Shown: positions 1 through 10,115, numbered from the stretch's first letter. The stretch is 64,000 nucleotides of DNA from Gammaproteobacteria bacterium (GCA_965277715.1 OZ255836.1:3744001-3808000), one strand, 5' to 3'. A program made the numbers and translations. Notes: generated from the sequence alone by a model not told the origin.

Positions 1-1
1 T

Positions 2-214
2 AATCAAAAAGGCGATGGGCAATATGTATTGTGGTCGTTTACACCAGATGAGCATCCGGCCCACCCAGCGGTGATACGTAGGTTTATCGTTAAAAAGGAC
101 AATGAGTTGTTTATTCAGATGAGTGCATTATGCGAGGCGAATAAGTTTGATTGCGATAGCCTTGTCGAGGCATTTGAGAAGATCAATGAAACGATCCGCA
201 ATAAGGCGAAATAG
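2..214 (+). CDS. Hypothetical protein, 5'-truncated by the window edge
   Basis: Frame is open from base 2 (NQKGDGQYVLWSFTPDEHPAHP...) to TAG at 214. Confidence 0.6.
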   Translation, partial: NQKGDGQYVLWSFTPDEHPAHPAVIRRFIVKKDNELFIQMSALCEANKFDCDSLVEAFEKINETIRNKAK

Positions 215-228
215 TACGGCAGGCTATG

Positions 229-1068
229 TTAAACAGCCGCTTTTTCCACGATGCTAAAATCTTTGTCGTGGCTTAATGCAGGGATCATCTGACGTACCTG
301 GTTGACTTTATCCAGATCGAGGTCGGCGTAGATGATGCCTGGTTGCGCACCGCCATCGGCCAGGATTTCACCCCAGGGATCAACAATCAGTGAGTGCCCG
401 TAGGATTGTCGCTTGCCGAGGTGTGTACCGCATTGATTGGTGGCGATTACAAAGCTACCGGTTTCGATGGCGCGGGCGCGCACCAGTATATGCCAGTGCG
501 CCTTGCCGGTTGTCTGGGTAAAGGCAGCGGGGATGGTGAGTATTTTTGCACCCTGCTGGGCGAGGGTGCGGTATAGCGCGGCAAAACGTAGGTCGTAACA
601 AATCGATAAACCGATTTTGCCCCACTGGGTGTCAACCAATACCGCTTTATCGCCAGCACGCAAGGCGTCAGATTCTTTGTAATATTCGCCATTTTTTAGC
701 TGCACATCGAACATGTGCAATTTGTCGTAACGGGCGGTGATCTCACCACTTTTGTCGATGTAGTAGGCGCGGTTAACATCTTTGCCGCTATCGGTTTTTA
801 TCATCAGCGAACCGATGGTGATGGGTACTGCGTATTTTTGTGCCGTTTCACGAAACATCGCGAGCCCTGGGTCGTCGGCTTCCTGGTAAGTGCTATTGGC
901 AATGCGCGTGTTATCCGGTTCGATCAACGTGCAGGTTTCGGCGGTGGTAATAAGTACTGCGCCCGCGTTAGCGGCCTGCTCACAGTGTGTTTTAAGCCAG
1001 GCGATATTGGCGGCAATATCGCGGGTGGCGGTGTTTTGTAGGCAGGCAACTTTGAATGGTGATGGCAT
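229..1068 (-). CDS. Carbon-nitrogen hydrolase (Nit1/deaminated glutathione amidase-like)
   Basis: Nitrilase-superfamily motifs: E in TAET, YDKLHMFDV, ICYDLRF, ARAIE, YGHSLIVDPWG. Confidence 0.9.
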   Translation of the reverse strand: MPSPFKVACLQNTATRDIAANIAWLKTHCEQAANAGAVLITTAETCTLIEPDNTRIANSTYQEADDPGLAMFRETAQKYAVPITIGSLMIKTDSGKDVNRAYYIDKSGEITARYDKLHMFDVQLKNGEYYKESDALRAGDKAVLVDTQWGKIGLSICYDLRFAALYRTLAQQGAKILTIPAAFTQTTGKAHWHILVRARAIETGSFVIATNQCGTHLGKRQSYGHSLIVDPWGEILADGGAQPGIIYADLDLDKVNQVRQMIPALSHDKDFSIVEKAAV

Positions 1069-1155
1069 GGTGTTTTGTGTATATAGGTATTGTGTATCGA
1101 GTGTTCAGATAACTCTAACCCGGTAGTATTCAGCGCTGCAAATAATTTCTGGATT

Positions 1156-1225
1156 AATTGCTTAACCTAGACCCCATGTATTGACTTGTGTGCAAGTTAA
1201 TACATGGGGTCTAGGTTAAGCAATT
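1156..1225. repeat. 70-bp extragenic palindrome (REP/MITE-like)
   Basis: 33-bp arms aattgcttaacctagaccccatgtattgacttg / caagttaatacatggggtctaggttaagcaatt with one G-T mismatch and a 4-nt loop; related copy at 12490-12529. Confidence 0.85.
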
Positions 1226-1401
1226 CTATTATCGATGGTGCTGCATCTCCCAATTCGAGCAGTAATACCGCCGGTATTGCTCGATTTTGGCGGTTGACCC
1301 CGGCTGCTTTTGGAAAGTGAATTTACACAGTTCACCCCTTACACTTTAGTCTTCATTAACCGATACTATCAACTTGTCAATCACTCACAACGGAGCAGTC
1401 A

Positions 1402-2178
1402 ATGGAAAACCAACAAATGAGCTTTCAAGATATCAAAGATCTTTTTATTGAAACAGACAAGCGCCTGGACAGGCGCATCGCCGAGATAGAGGCGCGTGCG
1501 GCTGAACGCCGTGCAGAAGAAGATAGGCGCAGAGCTGAAGAGCGAGCTGAAGAGAATAAGCATAGGATCGAAGAGGATAGGCGCAGAGCTGAAGAGCGAG
1601 CCGAAGAGAATAAGCGCAGGACCGAAGAGGGTAAGCGCAGGACCGAAGAGGGTAAGCGCAGGGCCGAAGAGAAGGCTAAAGAAAGGGCGCAGGAGAAGGC
1701 CGAGATGAAACAGGAGCGCAAGGATTCGCGGCGGCGTATGCGTGAACTGGAAGATTTATTTGTCGGTCAGTGGGGAAAGCTAATGGAATCGCTGGTCGAA
1801 GGTGATTTAACCCATTTGCTGAATACGCGTGGTATCGCGGTAAACCATAATCAAACGCGCTGTAAAGGGTGTTATCAGGGGCAGAATTACGAATTCGATA
1901 TTATCGCGGTTAATGGCAGTGAAGTTGTTGTGGTTGAGGTAAAGACTTCACTCAAGCCCGAGCACGTTAAACAGTTTATCAGTAACCTGAAACACATCAA
2001 ACAGTGGATGACTGAGTATGCGGATAAACAAATTTATGGTGCGGTCGCCTGGTTGCGTGAAGATTCCCAGGCATCGATGATGGCGCAAAAACAAGGGCTG
2101 TTTTCGATTCGCGCAACAGGCAATTCCGCCAGTATTGTAAACACTGTCGATTTCAAACCGGTTGAGCACGCCATATAA
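1402..2178 (+). CDS. Coiled-coil plus PD-(D/E)XK-like domain protein (DUF3782-like)
   Basis: Charged repetitive N-terminus, then QWGKLMESLV, EFDIIAVNG, VVVEVK, IYGAVAWL. Confidence 0.75.
   Translation: MENQQMSFQDIKDLFIETDKRLDRRIAEIEARAAERRAEEDRRRAEERAEENKHRIEEDRRRAEERAEENKRRTEEGKRRTEEGKRRAEEKAKERAQEKAEMKQERKDSRRRMRELEDLFVGQWGKLMESLVEGDLTHLLNTRGIAVNHNQTRCKGCYQGQNYEFDIIAVNGSEVVVVEVKTSLKPEHVKQFISNLKHIKQWMTEYADKQIYGAVAWLREDSQASMMAQKQGLFSIRATGNSASIVNTVDFKPVEHAI
1516..1665 (+). repeat. In-frame tandem repeats (2x54 bp followed by 2x21 bp)
   Basis: 54-bp units start at 1516 and 1570; gaagagggtaagcgcagg(a/g)cc units at 1624 and 1645. Confidence 0.9.
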
Positions 2179-2209
2179 CTATTCAGAAAGCACTGTATTT
2201 GTAGTGTTT

Positions 2210-3451
2210 TCATACAGTGTCGTAGTGCGTTTGCTCTGATAGACACCCCAACATCGCATTCAATAAACCCGGCGCTGCATCCAGTTGATAAAACTGAAAA
2301 CCGTCTATAGCCGCAGTGTGTCCCGGTTCACCACGAAAGGCAGGTGAGGGAAAAGTTTGACTGCCAAGACCCAGGCGGTAAACGCCTTGCGGGGTGATGG
2401 GTTGGGTGGTATCGACCTGGTGCCCGTCAATACGGACAGGTGGGTCGTCGGCACTAAAACCGGTGCATTGAAAGATGACGGCCGCATCGTCGAGCGGTGC
2501 TTTTATCGATTCGATGGATTTGATTAACTGCAGGCGGGCACGTGTTTCTATGCCATCACGGATACGCAGGTACAGGTGTTTTGCATCCTTGCGCAAGCCA
2601 CCGTTGCGGTGGAGTAGGTTTGTCGTTGTGCAGAGGTCACGCACCGGGTCGTAGGGGTAATCGACGGCTTTGGCATTGTCTGTCGTCAGGCGTAGTTTGA
2701 TGGCGTCTCGCCGGTGGTAAACCGTGATGGGTGTGTGGGGTAGATACGCGCTCAATTGTGGGTGTTGAAGGAGTAATCCAAGCACTGAAAATGCGCTGTG
2801 TGAGGCGCCAATAATCGCCACGGGGTGTTTGCTTTTGAGTAATTTCACAACCCGTTCAAGCGCCGATAGTCGGATTAATGCCTCGGAAAAAACCGTTTTC
2901 TGCTGCCAGTTTTGCAGCTCAGGCAGTAAGTGTTCGCGGGCGCCCGTACAAATCAACACCGTGCGACTGCGGGCAATGGCAAGGTTGTTTTTGTCAAAGC
3001 TGGTGAATATACCGTGTTCCCCCTCAATACGTGTGACTGCTGTATTCAGCTTGAGCCGTTCTGCCAATTGCCGGGTAATAACACCGGCTATTGGTTGCAG
3101 CAGATCGTTTGCCACGCGCTGTAGCGGAATAAGAGTATTACCTGGCGGGCAGGCGCTATTAAAGCGTTTGGCAATATCGGCAAAGGCGCCACGGGGTGAT
3201 ATACCACTGGTTAAGTCCAGCCAGTGGGTATTGGCGTTTATGGCGTAATGTGCGAGCGAACCACCGAGCTGCTTGTCCCGTTCGATCATAACGGTGTTGC
3301 GGGCTAGATGTGAGGCGGTTTTACCCGGCTCTACCAAAGAGTGTAGTGCAGCATCTAACGACACAAAGAAACTGAGCGCCGCTGCGCCACCACCGATAAT
3401 CTGACAGTCGTAAATAGTATCGGTGAACCCACTATTGCTTTTATTGTCCAC
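2210..3451 (-). CDS. FAD/NAD(P)-dependent oxidoreductase, uncharacterised family
   Basis: IIGGGAAA FAD motif, CTGA, second Rossmann motif AIIGASHSA, CTGF. Confidence 0.7.
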   Translation of the reverse strand: MDNKSNSGFTDTIYDCQIIGGGAAALSFFVSLDAALHSLVEPGKTASHLARNTVMIERDKQLGGSLAHYAINANTHWLDLTSGISPRGAFADIAKRFNSACPPGNTLIPLQRVANDLLQPIAGVITRQLAERLKLNTAVTRIEGEHGIFTSFDKNNLAIARSRTVLICTGAREHLLPELQNWQQKTVFSEALIRLSALERVVKLLKSKHPVAIIGASHSAFSVLGLLLQHPQLSAYLPHTPITVYHRRDAIKLRLTTDNAKAVDYPYDPVRDLCTTTNLLHRNGGLRKDAKHLYLRIRDGIETRARLQLIKSIESIKAPLDDAAVIFQCTGFSADDPPVRIDGHQVDTTQPITPQGVYRLGLGSQTFPSPAFRGEPGHTAAIDGFQFYQLDAAPGLLNAMLGCLSEQTHYDTV

Positions 3452-3479
3452 TGAAAATACCCGATTTGATGCCTGTAGA

Positions 3480-4481
3480 TTGTTTATTAACCGCTACTTT
3501 GTTCGATACAAAATACCCATCACGCTGTTATCGATGTTGTTGTCGTTCCCGGCGTGTGCTGATGACCAGCTTACCCGTATCGATATTGCCGATCCAGTGC
3601 GTTACTGGGAGGATAACGGGTTTGTCGAGATGCATGCGCCGATCCGCCCTTCGGTTGTTGCGGGTAAAACAGCGCAAACAAAAATCTTTCTCTACGTGCC
3701 AGCAGATCAACTGATCCAAACACAGTACCATGAGCAAACCCAGCGCTATACGTTGAAATTCCCCCCTGGCTCTGTCGCTGACCGCGTATCTTTTCGTCTG
3801 TACAAGACCAACACAGATAATATTGGCCAGACAATAGATGACGTGCGCGGCACACGATGGGGGCGTACCGGGCGCGAGTATTTTCATGTTTACCGGCCCA
3901 CTGGCGTGGCGCCCGATACGCCGTTACTCGGGTATGAATGGCCGCGTGATAACCCAGCAATGGTCGAGGCGGCGACGCATACCCTGACCGCGCAGGTGGC
4001 CAAAGCACCGCAACCGATTGTCGGCGGCTTACCGAGTAAAAGCAATGTGCGTCGGTTTCGCTCGTTGAATAATTGTGCTGCTTGCCATATCGCTAACAAA
4101 CCGGTTGCGGTGACGGGCAATGCACGCCTGCCGCCCTGGCCTACCGATGCCAGTGGTTTATACGTGCCCTCGATGGTATTACTCGACCGTGCGCCACTCT
4201 CCAATACGGGCAGCTTTCACGACCCCAATGTCAATGATGCATATATCTCGGCCAGTTGTGGTGATAGCGCAGCGCGCATACGTTCGGCCTACTATGCCGA
4301 TTGGTTTCACTGCACAAACAACGCGATGCCGATAGGGGTTCGCGATATGCGTGGTGGTTTGCGCGGCGATGATCGTTACACGCGGGCAGTGTGTGATTCG
4401 CGGCGCTATTTATATGCACGGCTCGACCAGACAGGTCGGCAGGTATTTGCCGAATCATTCAGAGTGTGCGGTATTGTTTAG
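3480..4481 (+). CDS. Secreted putative monoheme cytochrome c protein
   Basis: Signal-peptide-like N-terminus ending PACA-DD; single CAACH heme motif; start uncertain (TTG 3480 chosen; ORF open from 3423). Confidence 0.6.
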   Translation: MFINRYFVRYKIPITLLSMLLSFPACADDQLTRIDIADPVRYWEDNGFVEMHAPIRPSVVAGKTAQTKIFLYVPADQLIQTQYHEQTQRYTLKFPPGSVADRVSFRLYKTNTDNIGQTIDDVRGTRWGRTGREYFHVYRPTGVAPDTPLLGYEWPRDNPAMVEAATHTLTAQVAKAPQPIVGGLPSKSNVRRFRSLNNCAACHIANKPVAVTGNARLPPWPTDASGLYVPSMVLLDRAPLSNTGSFHDPNVNDAYISASCGDSAARIRSAYYADWFHCTNNAMPIGVRDMRGGLRGDDRYTRAVCDSRRYLYARLDQTGRQVFAESFRVCGIV

Positions 4482-4623
4482 CTGCTTGATATTTCCCGAA
4501 TTTTGAGTTGATTAGCATATAAGCGGTACAACCCGATGCATCAGCAATTGGCATCAGCCTACTTTCCACCTGTAAAGCGTAAAGAAAACCCCCAAAACAT
4601 TGCGAGTGAAACCGCATAACACC

Positions 4624-5700
4624 CTACACTCCCCCTGCACCAATAGCCTGCAAAATAGTATTTTGATAAGCAAACACACCAGGCGTGCCCCCACTGTGCA
4701 AAAACACAATCGTCTTGTCAGCACCTTGTGTACGCGCCCGTTCGATAAACCCAGCCATCACTTTACCGGTATAGGTAGGGTCAAGCACCAGCCCTTCCTT
4801 GCGAGCCGCCATCAAAATCGCCTGCATAGTCTGGTCGTTGACCTGGCCATATCCGGGGGCGAGAAAAGCGTCATCGACCAACACATCCTCCTCACTGACA
4901 GGGTTGTCCAGGTGCAACAACTCAGCAATTTCCTGGCAGCGTTTGAAAATGCGAGCGTGTTGCGCCTGCGCATCGCGACGCACACAAACACCCTGCACGC
5001 CAATCGTTGAACCCAACGCACGCAAACCAAAGAGAATGCCACCGTGAGTATTGCCACTACCCGAACCGACAACAACCTCATCGACCTGTAAATTCTGCTG
5101 CGCGAATTGCTGCAATAATTCCTGTGCGGCGACGACATAACCGAGCGCACCCAACGGCCTGTGATTAGGTGCCAGAGGAATGATGTAAGTTTTCTTTCCC
5201 TGTGATTTTTCCAGTTGTGCGGCTATCTCGCGCAGTTTTCGATCTGCGCCAAACTCATCTTCGCCCTCATCGTAGGTGTAGAGCGTTGCACCAAACAATT
5301 TATCCAGCAGAACATTGCCAGATTCATGGTACAGAGGGTCTGTTTTGTCGACGCGTTCTTCGAGCTGGATATGACATGCCATACCCAGTTTGGCGGCAGC
5401 GGCGGCGGCCAGCCGGACAAAGTTGGATTGTACGGCACCGGTAATCAGCACCGTGTTGGCGCCTTCGGCGATGGCCTCGCCAAAATAAAATTCCAATTGG
5501 CGGACTTTATTGCCGCCAAAAGCGAGCACAGTGCAATCGTCACGCTTGACGAACAGTTGGCCCGCGTTACAAATTTTAGCTATATTACGCATGGGTTCCA
5601 GTGGCGTATTGCCAGGAAAAAGTGGAACGCGGGGAATTGTGGGCAAGCAACCAAATTGGTCGGGGTATTCAAAATGTGGGTGCATAGGGAGTCCTGGCAA
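4624..5700 (-). CDS. dcyD: D-cysteine desulfhydrase/ACC deaminase family PLP enzyme
   Basis: TPLE, KRDD..GGNKVRQLE, QSN, LDPTYTGK, FLHSGG. Confidence 0.85.
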   Translation of the reverse strand: MPGLPMHPHFEYPDQFGCLPTIPRVPLFPGNTPLEPMRNIAKICNAGQLFVKRDDCTVLAFGGNKVRQLEFYFGEAIAEGANTVLITGAVQSNFVRLAAAAAAKLGMACHIQLEERVDKTDPLYHESGNVLLDKLFGATLYTYDEGEDEFGADRKLREIAAQLEKSQGKKTYIIPLAPNHRPLGALGYVVAAQELLQQFAQQNLQVDEVVVGSGSGNTHGGILFGLRALGSTIGVQGVCVRRDAQAQHARIFKRCQEIAELLHLDNPVSEEDVLVDDAFLAPGYGQVNDQTMQAILMAARKEGLVLDPTYTGKVMAGFIERARTQGADKTIVFLHSGGTPGVFAYQNTILQAIGAGGV

Positions 5701-5922
5701 AATATAGAGAACACGGGTATCCCGCGCCAGTGTATTCTACGCATACAAAACCGTTGCGTTATGGGAATATTGGCCCATTTCTGGCTTAAATAAGCAGTGA
5801 ACGGTTTGCCCATTGTGGGCACTGGGCCACCTATGCATGTTACTAGAGGGTGTTTTGCCACAGGCAGAGGGTTTTAATTTTTAAATTAAAGCGTGTGTGT
5901 TTTCCTATAGTTAGATTTTGTT

Positions 5923-6888
5923 ATGCACAGTGATACTTTATCAATAGAGACGAATATATCCAGAATGAATATTGTCAATGTGATGCTAAAAATCGTCCTG
6001 TCACTGACTTTAGTTTCTGCACTGATTTCGCCAGTACAGGCGCAGCAGGCAGGTGATGCTGAAAATTTAATTAAGAAAAGAATCACTGATTTGCAGGGCT
6101 ATTGGCAGGCATCTGATCTGGCAGGTGTGCTTTCACTGTATCAGCCGAGACAGTCACCGGTGGCGGCACTGAGTTATTCTGAATGGAAAGCAGACATTAA
6201 AGCACAACTAGACGCACGCACCCGGCTGGCATTTATTTTCTATGACTTCTTTCCTTATGATTGCACCGTGGATGGCCATCATTGTATGCGGGCGAGGGTA
6301 CAGCGCCTGGTTAACAACAAGGTGGTGGGTGTTGGTTATAAAGCCTACGAATGGCAGCAGCTTGGGGGTGATTGGTACATTGTTCGTGAATCTGGTGAAG
6401 TTAGGGGTGAGGTGCAACCCAAACCAAAACAGGTTAGTGTTGATAACGCTGAGCCGAAAGCGGTGCAGCCGCCCTCACCAGAACAGAAACAACCCCAGCA
6501 GGCGGTAACTGAAGTGGTCAAAGTGCCTGTAGCAGAGGTGGTGATTGTGCCCCCAGTCACCGGTGAGGTTACTGGCGGGACCACCACTGACCCGGTTGCC
6601 GGTCAGGCGTGTGACCTTCTGGGTGATGGTGTCGATTATGTATACGGTGTTCAGCTAGGTGTTTTCGGTGCATTGGCATCGGCGATTAAAGTGGCGGCCG
6701 CAGCGGGTGGTGGCAGTAAGATTTACCAGCGGGCTTCCGGTAACTATGTTGTCTTCTCGGGTGGTTTTGCAGGCAGTAATGAGGCCAAAGTCTGGCTGCA
6801 AACGCTTCGTAGAAACTACGATATTGACGTTGGTTCTTTTGTGGCCAAGATTCAACGCACCGATATTCAGCGACCGATTTGTAACTAA
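5923..6888 (+). CDS. Secreted NTF2-like plus Pro/Val linker plus SPOR-domain protein
   Basis: Signal peptide; WQ..D..LSLY...WYIVRE segment; C-terminal YGVQLGVF...GGF. Confidence 0.6.
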   Translation: MHSDTLSIETNISRMNIVNVMLKIVLSLTLVSALISPVQAQQAGDAENLIKKRITDLQGYWQASDLAGVLSLYQPRQSPVAALSYSEWKADIKAQLDARTRLAFIFYDFFPYDCTVDGHHCMRARVQRLVNNKVVGVGYKAYEWQQLGGDWYIVRESGEVRGEVQPKPKQVSVDNAEPKAVQPPSPEQKQPQQAVTEVVKVPVAEVVIVPPVTGEVTGGTTTDPVAGQACDLLGDGVDYVYGVQLGVFGALASAIKVAAAAGGGSKIYQRASGNYVVFSGGFAGSNEAKVWLQTLRRNYDIDVGSFVAKIQRTDIQRPICN

Positions 6889-6967
6889 CGGATAGCTTAA
6901 CTGGACAGTTTATACCGCGTTAATCGCTATCAATAATCGGGCGGTTGTTACTGCACCCAGTAATATC

Positions 6968-7249
6968 TGATGTGTCAATACTTTATCGGGCACATGTTTA
7001 AGCGACCTTTATTAGATAGTTCATAATCTACGGGTGACAAATAGCCATTAGCGGAATGTAACCGCTGGCGGTTGTAAAAAACTTCAATATATTCAAAAGT
7101 TGTTGCAATTGTTTGATCCTTTTTCAAGGCTAACTTAACCGCTGATGCTCGAAATTCTACGGTATAGGGCTTTTTCCCGTTCATTTTCGGTTCCTCTGGT
7201 AAGCTCGGTTTACTTTAAGTGAGGTGCCCAGATTAGTGTGGCCACGTCA
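6968..7249 (-). mobile_element. Internally deleted IS3-family mini-element (282 bp)
   Basis: TG...CA ends; the 7249 end resembles the IS3 left end at 57890; ORF fuses orfA start (KPYTVEFRASAVKL) to orfB end (FEYIEVFYNRQRLHS). Confidence 0.85.
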
Positions 7250-7356
7250 AGATCCAGCAGAGGAGAAAAAAGGGTGAGTGGTTAGCAATAGATTTTACGC
7301 TATAGTACCGCCCGGTACAGCCACCTCAACGCCATTGTCTATCTACCACCACACCC

Positions 7357-7824
7357 ATGCCAAACAAACGCCTGCTCATCGTCGCCCATGTGCCCTCGAC
7401 CAACACTCACGCTATGGCGCAATCCGCTTTGCGCGGCGCGCAACACCCGGATACAGGCAATGTCGAGGTCATCCACATACCCCCCCTTGAGGCAGTGGCT
7501 ACTGATGTATTGCAATGCGATGCTATCCTACTCGGCACGACCGAGAATTTTGGTTACATGAGCGGGGCGATGAAAGATTTTTTCGACCGCATTTACTACC
7601 CCTGCCTGGAACACACCGAGGCCCTGCCATTTGCGCTGTATATCCGTGCCGGGCTGGATGGCACCGGCACACAAACCGCGGTTACCAAAATCACCAGCGG
7701 GTTAAAATGGAAATCGGTACAGGCAACACTGTTGTGCCGTGGTGAATTCCAACCGGCCTTTCTCGACCAGGCGGAAACACTCGGCATGTCGATGGCGGCC
7801 GGTCTGGATGCAGGTATTTTTTAA
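7357..7824 (+). CDS. Flavodoxin family protein
   Basis: PSTNT, GTTENFGYMSGAMKDFFDR. Confidence 0.85.
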   Translation: MPNKRLLIVAHVPSTNTHAMAQSALRGAQHPDTGNVEVIHIPPLEAVATDVLQCDAILLGTTENFGYMSGAMKDFFDRIYYPCLEHTEALPFALYIRAGLDGTGTQTAVTKITSGLKWKSVQATLLCRGEFQPAFLDQAETLGMSMAAGLDAGIF

Positions 7825-7855
7825 CCTATAATTAACTTAGGTTTCACCCGCTCCC

Positions 7856-9592
7856 ATGCTCAATAAAATCATCCTGCGCAACGCCGACGAAGACAACTGG
7901 CTGTGTTTTTCCAGGCCTGTTGACGTGTTTGATATACATACGCTGGGCGCTGTGCTGCCAACACTTGAGCGCATCGAGCAGCGGGTTAATGATGACGCTT
8001 TGTACGCCGCTGGGTTTATCAGCTACGAAGCTGCACCCGCTTTCGACCCCGCCTGTACGGTGAAGCACGACGCCGGATTCCCACTCCTACGCTTTGGTTT
8101 ATTCGACTCAGTAGAGGTAATTACCCAGCTTGATGATGCCGCCCCCTTAAACCCACTCAGTTGGCAGATGGATAGCGCGCCAGCCTACTACCGCAAGAAA
8201 ATCGACCAGATTAAAACGCACATCCACGCGGGCGATACCTATCAGGTTAACTACACCGTCCGCCAATACGCTGAGGCGGTCAACTCGGCCTGGTCGCTAT
8301 TCTGCCAGTTAGGTACAGACAGCCCCTACGCCGCGTATATCGATTGTGACGACTGGGCAATTTGCAGCGCTTCACCGGAACTGTTTTTTCAACTGGATGG
8401 CAACGCACTTCACTCACGACCGATGAAAGGCACCGCTGCACGTGGCGCCAGCCTGCGCGAAGATGAGGAGCAAAAAAGCTGGCTGCGCAACTCGCAAAAA
8501 AACCGTGCCGAAAATGTCATGATCGTCGATATGATCCGCAACGACATTGGCCGTGTCGCGGTACCGGGCAGCGTTACCGCAGCGCATTTGTTCCGCGTTG
8601 AAACCTACCCCACAGTGTTACAAATGACATCCACGGTGAGCGCGCAAACCCATAGCAGTGTTACGCAGATTATGCAGGCGCTGTTTCCCTGCGCCTCGAT
8701 CACCGGCGCGCCCAAGGTAAACACCATGCGGTTAATCACCGCGCTGGAGGATTCACCACGGCGTATCTACACCGGCGCTATCGGCTATATCGGCCCACAA
8801 CGAAAAGCGCGGTTCAGCGTTGCGATCCGCACGGCGCTGGTCAACCGGCGCACTGGGCAGGCCTGTTATGGCAGCGGTGGTGGTATTGTCTGGGATTCCA
8901 ATGCCAGTGAAGAGCTGGCAGAAATTGCCACGAAATCCCATATATTGGGCAGGCCGGGGCAGCGGGATTATTTTCGCCTTATCGAATCCCTGTTATGGAC
9001 GGGCAGTGGCTACTTTTTACTGGAGCGGCATATTACACGTATGCTCAATTCGGCGATGCATTTCGCCTTTACCGGGCGTGAAGCTGCCATCCGCCAGAAA
9101 CTCGACGCGTTGCAGGCAAAGCTGCCCAACTGCCACTGCAAAGTGCGCCTATTGCTTGCTGAAGATGGCGCGCTAAGCGCTGAATACGCCGTCATCGACA
9201 AAACCGACACAGCCATAAAAACCGCCAGACTATCGCCTTTTTCAGTCGATGAAAACAGTATCTGGCTGAGGCATAAAACCACCATAAGAACACTCTATGA
9301 CGAGGCGCTTGCCGCTTGCGAAGGGGCCGACCAGGTATTACTGTACGACAGGCAGGGTTTGCTAACAGAATCGGCAACCGCCAATATCGCCATCAAGGTA
9401 GCGGGGCGTTGGCTGACGCCATCACCAGGCGGCTTATTACCCGGTACGTTTCGCGCTGAAATGATCGCCAGAGGCGAATTGACCGAGACCGACATCCCCC
9501 AGCTATCGTTGGTCGATGCCGATGAAATCCGCCTGCTAAATTCGGTGCGTGAATGGATACCCGTTAAATTGCTAAGAGCTGTCAAACCATAA
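7856..9592 (+). CDS. pabB: Aminodeoxychorismate synthase component I fused to ADC lyase (PabB-PabC)
   Basis: YQVNYT, SASPELF, PMKGT, NRAENVMIVDMIRND, SITGAPK; C-terminal class IV PLP domain (HKTT, TESATAN, LLPGTFR). Confidence 0.9.
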   Translation: MLNKIILRNADEDNWLCFSRPVDVFDIHTLGAVLPTLERIEQRVNDDALYAAGFISYEAAPAFDPACTVKHDAGFPLLRFGLFDSVEVITQLDDAAPLNPLSWQMDSAPAYYRKKIDQIKTHIHAGDTYQVNYTVRQYAEAVNSAWSLFCQLGTDSPYAAYIDCDDWAICSASPELFFQLDGNALHSRPMKGTAARGASLREDEEQKSWLRNSQKNRAENVMIVDMIRNDIGRVAVPGSVTAAHLFRVETYPTVLQMTSTVSAQTHSSVTQIMQALFPCASITGAPKVNTMRLITALEDSPRRIYTGAIGYIGPQRKARFSVAIRTALVNRRTGQACYGSGGGIVWDSNASEELAEIATKSHILGRPGQRDYFRLIESLLWTGSGYFLLERHITRMLNSAMHFAFTGREAAIRQKLDALQAKLPNCHCKVRLLLAEDGALSAEYAVIDKTDTAIKTARLSPFSVDENSIWLRHKTTIRTLYDEALAACEGADQVLLYDRQGLLTESATANIAIKVAGRWLTPSPGGLLPGTFRAEMIARGELTETDIPQLSLVDADEIRLLNSVREWIPVKLLRAVKP

Positions 9593-9599
9593 TGAATAG

Positions 9600-10076
9600 G
9601 TGAGCTGTATGAATGATGATCATCAAATATCCACGTCTAATAGTGATCAGGCCACTGTTGAATACGTTGGTTTTTGGTTGCGTGTCTTAGCCAGCCTGTT
9701 CGATACCCTGTTAATCATCATCATGCTGGTGCCTATTATCATCGGCGTGTCCAGTCTGCTCGGCTTGTCCTATGTAGCGTTTGTGTACGAGACAAGCACC
9801 CTATCGATTATTGTGCAGTATGTACTGCCTGCTATCGTGGTGATTCTGTTTTGGGTGGTGAAATCGGCGACGCCGGGAAAGTCGCTGATCGGCGCTAAAA
9901 TTGTCGATGCAGACAGCGGCACCCAGCCCTCTACCGGGCAGTTCGTCGGTCGTTATCTGGGGTACTATATTGCAACAATACCGTTGTTTCTGGGGCTGTT
10001 GTGGGTCGGCTGGGATAGAAGAAAACAAGGTTGGCACGATAAACTCGCGGGCACGGTTGTCGTGCGTGGCAAATAA
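9600..10076 (+). CDS. RDD family membrane protein
   Basis: GFWLRVLASLFD, ATPGK, KQGWHDKLAGTVVV. Confidence 0.9.
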   Translation: MSCMNDDHQISTSNSDQATVEYVGFWLRVLASLFDTLLIIIMLVPIIIGVSSLLGLSYVAFVYETSTLSIIVQYVLPAIVVILFWVVKSATPGKSLIGAKIVDADSGTQPSTGQFVGRYLGYYIATIPLFLGLLWVGWDRRKQGWHDKLAGTVVVRGK

Positions 10077-10115
10077 CATTGTATTAAAACGGAAACGGGT
10101 ATAACTGAGCCGAGT

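Noticed and set aside
1425-1721. Ser/Arg/Leu-rich antisense ORF and other shadow ORFs
   Set aside because: By-products of repeats or codon bias on the real coding strand
7856-9592. PabB-PabC fusion as a novelty
   Set aside because: A common, already described fusion
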